In this document: piece after piece, positions 57,820 to 64,000 of the stretch
How positions within the stretch are numbered: position 1 is the stretch's first letter
Layout: the number at the start of each line of letters is the position of its first letter
From: Desulfocapsaceae bacterium
GTDB taxonomy: Bacteria > Desulfobacterota > Desulfobulbia > Desulfobulbales > Desulfocapsaceae
DNA length: 64,000 nucleotides
Direction: 5' to 3'
NCBI GenBank assembly: GCA_050288305.1
Contig: JBNKDO010000059.1
Span: 10,747-74,746 of the forward strand
The notes under the pieces: generated by a model
What the model was told of the DNA's origin: nothing
The model's database searches: none
The model's input: only the letters and a program-made list of their open reading frames with translations
Translations under genes and position numbers: made by a program

Positions 57820-59421
57820 TTACGTATTCGATTTAGCAAGGTATGCAGCTAACCATTGAGTACGAATGTGCTTCGGTGCTGTGTTCTGAAGCTGCTGTAA
57901 TATATCCTTAGCTTGCTGCCTGTCTCCTCTCTGGTTTCTCGCATGATAGGCTCGGGCAAGTTTGCAAAGCCCATAGATAGCATTTGGTGAAATCTCAAGA
58001 CCTTTGTTGAGTGAGCCTATCGCTTTTGAGTATTCCTTCAACATGAGATGAAGATAGCCTTTAAAAAAGTGCCCAAAGGAATCCGAAGGAAGCATATTAA
58101 CATATTGCTCCATCAGGGAAAGAGCCGACTCATACTGATAATAGGCATCAACATGGGCTATAGCCAAGAGTTTGGCCACTTCAGGATGATCCGGCTTCAG
58201 ACTATGGGCTTTGTTCAGAAATGTTATTCGTTGCTGCCCCATGGAGGTAAGCGTATACAGTCTGCCAAGTTGCAGCAGGGTCTCAAAAGTCTCCCCTTCT
58301 GCTTTCAGGCGGTTTTCGAGCACGAGGATCTGGCGCGCTGTTACCGCATCGTTTCTGACTGTATAGAGGTCATCTCCCTGTAGAGGTATATCCTGGCCCA
58401 TGTAGTAAGGACATCTGGAAAGCAGTTCCATGTAGGGATGCTCGCCACGTTCTATTCCCCACAATGGCGACCGCCCCATCCGCACTATTTTTCGTTGATG
58501 AACCATGTCAAACTGCCATCCTTCATCCGTTCTACAGAAAAGAAACGGTGCATTCTCCCACCCTTTCTTGTTACCAAAGAAGATAACGGCATATCCATCT
58601 TTCTGGATAACCTCATAGGGTTTGTTGCTCCATGTCCTCACATCTTCTACAAATCTCCTGTCTGGCTGATTTGTAAAAGCCCGGTAAATGAGCCTGGTGA
58701 CAGGTGTATAAACCCCGATATCTGGATTACGGTTTTTCTCCCTCCAGCTTTGGAGAAGGGTCTGCCACGCCTCTTCTGGTGTTGTTCCCGGAGGAAAATC
58801 CATGGCTGATTCAGGGATAATCTTCTCCTTGAAATTATGCAAATGGACATCGGCTCCACCCCCAGCAGAAAGAAATCGCATGTCAAGATCGGCGATATAT
58901 TCCTCTGTTGCCAGATCTGCGGAAAAAGCCTGGGCACGAGCTTCAATCTCTTCTATCAATGCAATAATCCCGCTGGAGAGCTGCCCACTGAGATAGTAGG
59001 ACTTGAGCTGCTTGTTTTCGACATAACTCGTGAAGAGATCGGTATAGATTCCCTCAAGTGAAGAGCCAACTTCAAGCCGAACAGCCTTATCCTTTTCAGA
59101 AATGAGGAGGAGAAGGCCCCTGCCGCCATACTCTCTGCCGATATCCCAGGAATCAAAAAGTCTGACAGCCAACTCTTTTATTGTTTCCTGCTCTGACGTT
59201 TCTTCAACTGTTGCTAAAACGACTTCAATACCGTACTGATCGCGTATTATTTGAAGCTGCTGAGACACTGACTCCTTAATATCCGTAAGGATATGTGCCT
59301 GATCAAACAACATCTGGTTGCTTTTTCTCTCACCCTGGCCGGTGGAACACCCCGACTGCAAGAAAAGCTGGCCTGTTAGAAGAAGGAAGAAAAACAGCTT
59401 AAATTGTGGTGAACCAATCAT
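57820..59421 (-). CDS. Lipoprotein with an N-terminal TPM (DUF477) domain and C-terminal TPR repeats
   Basis: Lipobox LQSGC. A TPM-like segment (GIEVVLATVE...RGLLLLISEKDKAVRLEVGSSLEG) and TPR-like C-terminal helices. Confidence 0.7.
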   Translation of the reverse strand: MIGSPQFKLFFFLLLTGQLFLQSGCSTGQGERKSNQMLFDQAHILTDIKESVSQQLQIIRDQYGIEVVLATVEETSEQETIKELAVRLFDSWDIGREYGGRGLLLLISEKDKAVRLEVGSSLEGIYTDLFTSYVENKQLKSYYLSGQLSSGIIALIEEIEARAQAFSADLATEEYIADLDMRFLSAGGGADVHLHNFKEKIIPESAMDFPPGTTPEEAWQTLLQSWREKNRNPDIGVYTPVTRLIYRAFTNQPDRRFVEDVRTWSNKPYEVIQKDGYAVIFFGNKKGWENAPFLFCRTDEGWQFDMVHQRKIVRMGRSPLWGIERGEHPYMELLSRCPYYMGQDIPLQGDDLYTVRNDAVTARQILVLENRLKAEGETFETLLQLGRLYTLTSMGQQRITFLNKAHSLKPDHPEVAKLLAIAHVDAYYQYESALSLMEQYVNMLPSDSFGHFFKGYLHLMLKEYSKAIGSLNKGLEISPNAIYGLCKLARAYHARNQRGDRQQAKDILQQLQNTAPKHIRTQWLAAYLAKSNT

Positions 59422-59566
59422 CCCTTGAAACCATTTTCTTTATGTGAGCAGTCACAAAGCGGTTTGAATTTTGATTCGCTGCAACGACAGAAGAAACACA
59501 GCGTGGGTGTCTCCATCTGAAGCCTCCCTAAGGAATACGTTTACAAGAGCACAGCTTTACTACGAA

Positions 59567-60439
59567 TCAGTACACGTCTGAAATGTTGCTGTTTTTTATA
59601 AAGGTCTGATTCTGCAACTCACTAAAGGCCAATTCCAGCTCATCTTCAGTATTCATGACAATCGGACCTCTCCAGGCAATTGGTTCTTTGATCGGTTTAC
59701 CTGAGCAAAGCAGAAATCGAAGTGGCATATCATCGCTTTTCAAGGCAATTTCATCACCATCATCAAACAGAACGAGATTGCCGTCTGCCACCTCAGTCCC
59801 ATTGATTCTTCCCTGACCACCGATGCAATAGATGAACACAGTGTATCCCTTTTTCGTGGGATAATTAACGCTGGTCAGTGGTGGCATCGTGCAGTCAAGA
59901 TATTCAGGATCGATAATGATATCATCTGCGGGACCTTTAACTCCGTCGACTTCTCCAGCAATGATACGTATCGTTACGCCGTTCTTTCTTTGTACCAGGG
60001 GAATGTCAGCTGAAATAATATTGCGATAACGTGGTGCCATCATTTTACTGGCTGCCGGTAAATTGGCCCATAACTGAAAGCCTTGCAATTCGCCGTTCTC
60101 ATCTCCCTTCGGCATTTCTTGATGAATTATGCCACTTCCTGCCGTCATCCACTGTACTTCACCGGAGGTAATAATCCCTTTATTACCAAGACTGTCCCCA
60201 TGTTCCACATCACCCTGCAAAACATAGGTGACCGTTTCGATCCCCCGGTGCGGATGCCATGGAAACCCCTTTATGAAGTCCTCACGGTTGGTTGATCTCA
60301 AATCATCGAGAAGCAGAAATGGATCAAAGAGTTCCGGATTTGCGAACCCGAAAACTCTACGAAGATGCACTCCAGCGCCTTCAATTACTTTCTGGCCCTG
60401 CAGGACCTGTCGTATCTGACGAACCATTATTATCTCCAA
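59567..60439 (-). CDS. Pirin family protein
   Basis: GFPWHPHRGIETVTYVLQGDVEHGDSLGN...GEVQWMTAGSGIIHQEMP is the cupin/pirin metal-site signature. Confidence 0.9.
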   Translation of the reverse strand: MEIIMVRQIRQVLQGQKVIEGAGVHLRRVFGFANPELFDPFLLLDDLRSTNREDFIKGFPWHPHRGIETVTYVLQGDVEHGDSLGNKGIITSGEVQWMTAGSGIIHQEMPKGDENGELQGFQLWANLPAASKMMAPRYRNIISADIPLVQRKNGVTIRIIAGEVDGVKGPADDIIIDPEYLDCTMPPLTSVNYPTKKGYTVFIYCIGGQGRINGTEVADGNLVLFDDGDEIALKSDDMPLRFLLCSGKPIKEPIAWRGPIVMNTEDELELAFSELQNQTFIKNSNISDVY

Positions 60440-60957
60440 GTTCTTCTGTCTTTGGGGAAAACGAGCAAAAGCTCACAGTGGATAATACTCCCTTTTCATC
60501 GGCTACTGACAATCTCAACCGAAACTCGACCATGTAATTGTTCTTCGTCTCAGGATATCGGTACTGCTTTGTATGCATGGTCAGATGTTGAGTTATTTAC
60601 AAATCATCATTTCTCCCGGATCACAAGTATATTTGACACAAGTAAACCTTTTACTCATGGCAACTGTGATCCGTCGTATTAATCAGGTAAAAGGATAAAC
60701 CAACTATTACTTTATGTCCATATTCCCCAAAGGAATGAGCTATCAACAATAATGTAAAATAAGTAGATCGGCTCAATGTTCATGAGAATTTCAAATTCAA
60801 TAGAATCAAACTCCTCTTACTCTTTTTTCAGATAATAGGAATCTCCACTGCGACCTTCCGGAAAACCGAAAACAAACATACATCGACAAGAGTTGGACTC
60901 TCTCCTCTAAAGCTCAAAACGGATGCCTTAAAAGGAAAGAGAGCTTTTTCCTTAACA

Positions 60958-60974
60958 TGGCATCTTATATGCAT
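60958..60974 (+). promoter_or_regulatory. Candidate sigma-54 (-24/-12) promoter of the PEP-CTERM gene
   Basis: TGGCATcttatATGCAT versus the consensus TGGCACG-N4-TTGCW. The GG and GC are at the correct 11-nt register, 81 nt upstream of the ATG at 61055. Confidence 0.5.
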
Positions 60975-61054
60975 TCATTGGCTCCTGAAAAGAAGTAACG
61001 ACTTATATGCACAAATTTTACTGGATCATACTGTAATAAAAAAAGGGGAAAATA

Positions 61055-61804
61055 ATGAGAAAAGCGATAATTATGAGCGGCATTTTTGTCGGACTGAGTG
61101 TATCGCCGGCTGCTGCTTTAACTTTTAATGTTTATGACGCAAGTAATGCTGCAGGCATAAACTCTTGGATTTCAAATTTGGGTGGACAGGTAAAAGTATT
61201 AGAGGATTTTGAAGGATATAATCTTGAAGGGAATATGGACTGGTATCATTCCCTGCCAAATACAGGCGTCGGAACGTTTACCGCTACAGGCAATCCAGGG
61301 ACAGGGGCAACTTCTTATAATGGCGTCAATGGCGGAAATTCTGGAACCGCGTATTTTTCCATTCAAGACGGAAATAACTACAATGGTGGAACCTGGTATG
61401 GTCGACAGAACACCACTAGCGGTGGATCTCAATGGCTTGATTCCGGAGACATTACAGAACTCACTTTGACAAACATTGATTCCTCTCTTACCAACCTGTT
61501 TTTCTATCTCCAGGATCCTTCAGATGTTGGAGCAAAGACCACTGTCGAGGCAAACTCTGAAGAATCGCTCAGCTATAGTATCAACTTCAGGAACCAACCG
61601 GATGCTTCCAACTATTTTGTTGGGATAACGCTTGATCCAAACGAAATACTTGATGTACTTGTTTGGTCTACCACTACGGACGGTGATGGTTATGGACTTG
61701 ATGATTTTTCTACCGTAGCCCCCGTCCCAGAACCAGCCACAATGCTTCTTTTCGGAACTGGTTTGGCAGGATTTGCTGGCTTACGCCGTAGACGAAAAAA
61801 ATAA
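61055..61804 (+). CDS. PEP-CTERM sorting-domain secreted protein
   Basis: Signal peptide (IFVGLSVSPAAA) and a C-terminal VPEPATMLLFGTGLAGFAGLRRRRKK (PEP motif, TM segment, Arg cluster). Confidence 0.85.
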   Translation: MRKAIIMSGIFVGLSVSPAAALTFNVYDASNAAGINSWISNLGGQVKVLEDFEGYNLEGNMDWYHSLPNTGVGTFTATGNPGTGATSYNGVNGGNSGTAYFSIQDGNNYNGGTWYGRQNTTSGGSQWLDSGDITELTLTNIDSSLTNLFFYLQDPSDVGAKTTVEANSEESLSYSINFRNQPDASNYFVGITLDPNEILDVLVWSTTTDGDGYGLDDFSTVAPVPEPATMLLFGTGLAGFAGLRRRRKK

Positions 61805-61823
61805 ACTTTCCGATAATTCGAAA

Positions 61824-61861
61824 CAAAAAAAGCAGCACCCACACGGGTGCTGCTTTTTTTG
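61824..61861 (+). terminator. Rho-independent terminator
   Basis: Perfect 10-bp stem agcagcaccc/gggtgctgct with loop ACAC, an A-run before it and TTTTTTT after it. Confidence 0.85.
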
Positions 61862-62126
61862 TTTCAACCTCTATCGTGCCATCCAGATCCTCTTTCTGTG
61901 TAGAAAATCCAAATATATTTATTCCTCAAAAAAAACTAAATTATACAAATTCTATTAAATCGTTGTGCAAGGAAAAATACCGAAAAAAACAATAACCGTT
62001 TACGTTGTTAATGTGCTGCGGAAATATATATGGTCGAAAATCTCGTAAGGGACTAAGGAAAGCTGTGGGTCTCGTTTTCTGAATTGTCTCGATTTACATT
62101 GCGATATTAAAATCTACTTATTTATT

Positions 62127-63509
62127 CTATCTTCCACCTTTGGCAAATAGAACGGTTTTCACCGTTTTAAAGATGATATACAGATCGAGGGGGATTGACA
62201 TGTGTTTCAGATAATATAAATCATATTCCAGTTTGCGGAGCGCATCTTCTTCTGAGGCGCCGTAAGGGTAGCAAACCTGTGCCCAGCCTGTGACTCCCGG
62301 TCTGACATCATGACGTATATCATAAAAAGGAATGGATTCTTTTAGCTTTTCGACAAAGACAGGACGCTCGGGCCGCGGCCCGACAAGACTCATCTCTCCA
62401 CGAATAACATTAAAAAGCTGAGGCAGCTCATCAATACGAACCTTTCTGATAAAAGACCCAAAACGCGTGACCCTGCTGTCATTTGCTGTAGCCCAGACTG
62501 CTCCATTTTTTTCAGCATCCTGAACCATAGACCTGAACTTAATCACATTAAACGACTTTCGTCCTTTTCCTACCCTTTCCTGCTTGTAGAAAATTGGACC
62601 AGGCGATTCAAGTTTAATAATTATCGCAGCAGCACACATAATTGGAGAGCTCAAAAGAAAAAGGCACAACGAAAGCAGAATATCAAAAAATCGTTTGCCA
62701 AAAAGCTGCATTTTACCAATAGAGAATCCATCTGAGAAAACAATCCATGATGGATCGACTTTCTCAGCCAATATCTTCGCTGTTAATTCTTCATAGAAAT
62801 TTATACCATCACCAATAGAGATTCCTTGAAGTTTGTAGGCGAGGAGTTGCTTAATAGGCGTTTTTCCTCGTCGATCATCAAGTGCAACAACGAGTTGATC
62901 TATCTCATGATTAACGATCTTACTGTGAATGCTGTCCAAATTCTCATAAACGGGCACGTTTCCAGGGTTATACCGAGGGTGCTCTTCACCAACAAAAGCA
63001 CACACACTAAAAGGCGCGTCAAGTCTTCCATCGAGTTCTTTGCTTATTGCCTCGGCTAGTTTACCGGTACCAACGATAGCTATTTCCTGAATAAACATCT
63101 TTCTTTGCAGAATATAGATATATACTGCGCGCCAAAGAAGTACAAAAAGATAGAGAATGAAGTAGCTTGTCCAAAATATTTTAGTTGGAATAGTAACTGT
63201 CGGAAGAACATAATAGAACATACCTAAGAAAATGCACCCAATACCAAATGCCTGGGTAATTCGAGTTGCAGTTGCCGGCAGTGGGAGATTTTCTCGCAAT
63301 TCATACATATCGAAAAAATAAAGACTCATTTGAAAAACTGCGGTGACCAGAAGTACCTGCTGAATGCATTCTGGAATTTCAAGCATGAAAATCGCAGTGC
63401 CCTTAAAAGCCCAATTCACAAGAATCAGAGTCATGGTAATAAGAAACCCTTCGCCTAAGAAAAAAGTCACATTGCGAAGAGGGTAATATTTGTTAAAAAT
63501 ATAGGGCAT
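62127..63509 (-). CDS. Exopolysaccharide priming polyprenyl-phosphate sugar-phosphotransferase (PEP-CTERM-system-associated type)
   Basis: N-terminal TM bundle, a central Rossmann-like region and the C-terminal bacterial sugar-transferase domain (KRFFDILLS...PGPIFYKQERVG...FRSM...DELPQLFNVIRGEMSLVGPRP). Confidence 0.9.
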   Translation of the reverse strand: MPYIFNKYYPLRNVTFFLGEGFLITMTLILVNWAFKGTAIFMLEIPECIQQVLLVTAVFQMSLYFFDMYELRENLPLPATATRITQAFGIGCIFLGMFYYVLPTVTIPTKIFWTSYFILYLFVLLWRAVYIYILQRKMFIQEIAIVGTGKLAEAISKELDGRLDAPFSVCAFVGEEHPRYNPGNVPVYENLDSIHSKIVNHEIDQLVVALDDRRGKTPIKQLLAYKLQGISIGDGINFYEELTAKILAEKVDPSWIVFSDGFSIGKMQLFGKRFFDILLSLCLFLLSSPIMCAAAIIIKLESPGPIFYKQERVGKGRKSFNVIKFRSMVQDAEKNGAVWATANDSRVTRFGSFIRKVRIDELPQLFNVIRGEMSLVGPRPERPVFVEKLKESIPFYDIRHDVRPGVTGWAQVCYPYGASEEDALRKLEYDLYYLKHMSIPLDLYIIFKTVKTVLFAKGGR

Positions 63510-64000
63510 AACTTCTCAAAATAATCATATTTAGATATCTAATTTCATAACAATCTAATGGCATTATATGTTTAGCATAGTCCAATAGCAGATACAATTG
63601 AAAAAGCGTTAACAATTAAAAGACAACCCAGTCGGTAAAGGGCTCCTTCCACATAGCACAGAATTCCGGATTTCTGAACTCTATTTCTCTGAAGAGGAAA
63701 ACACGACACTCAGCAATTCTCACCACAACATCAATGTAACAATATAATATTACATTAAATAACAGTATAAAATGCGATTATTCTAAAATATGTCTAGTTT
63801 CTTTAAAAATTTTTTTTATCTCCTTTTTTCTTACCCAAGATCACTCTTTTAAAAGTTAGGAACCTTCCAAACATTGCGCAATCACTATAGATTAAATAAG
63901 TAATTCTCAAATTCAATATCTCCATCCATGTTTATACTTCCGGGGTTTATTTTTTTGGCATAAACCGTGCATACCAAGTGGTGTTTAGCAAATTAATCCG

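Overview
This window reads as chromosomal DNA from a sulfate- or sulfur-respiring member of the Desulfobacterota, probably Desulfobulbales-like. That placement is an inference from a stand-alone DsrC with both C-terminal cysteines, an mvhDG/hdrA cluster, a CobA-HemD fusion, an adenylate kinase with a C-X5-H...C-X2-C lid, and PEP-CTERM genes.

Bases 1-31 kb are mostly core genes:
- Mvh/Hdr electron-bifurcation genes, galE, a tautomerase and ligA.
- An REC-PAS-GGDEF protein and an ABC-F ATPase.
- An M23 peptidase-bactofilin-Zn-ribbon-ATP-grasp operon.
- dsrC, ppiD, a degenerate serine-recombinase-like gene, a 1390-aa SNF2 helicase and a bacterial cereblon-like (CULT) protein.
- cobA-hemD, adk, hom, an ApgM-like gene and a thioesterase.

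An initiator tRNA-Met at 31184-31260 has a near-consensus promoter and a terminator. It marks the switch to a visibly AT-richer accessory stretch (about 31.4-49 kb), which holds:
- Two Fic-family genes, one with a His-to-Gln motif.
- An orphan 334-aa protein next to a seven-repeat Cys-pair lipoprotein.
- nhaA, SRPBCC and LysE genes, and a GNAT remnant.
- A MarR-TIGR04076-flavoprotein-RidA cluster.
- A binding-protein/HAMP/hybrid-kinase signalling operon.

Bases 49-64 kb carry:
- A TetR gene followed by a rifampin-phosphotransferase-like enzyme and an orphan NrfD-like membrane protein.
- A large secreted glycosidase-like protein and a cryptic third Fic-like gene.
- A TPM/TPR lipoprotein and a pirin.
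- A PEP-CTERM protein with a candidate sigma-54 promoter, and a PEP-CTERM-type priming sugar transferase.

I saw no rRNA, CRISPR array, transposase or integrase. No single known defence or mobile system is recognisable. The best candidates for something undescribed are:
- The tRNA-adjacent Fic(Q)/orphan/Cys-repeat cassette.
- The HTH-HdrD fusion in the mvh-hdr operon.
- The Zn-ribbon/ATP-grasp pair coupled to the bactofilin operon.
- The Cys4-tailed HAMP sensor.

All functional calls rest on motif recognition by eye; no searches were run.
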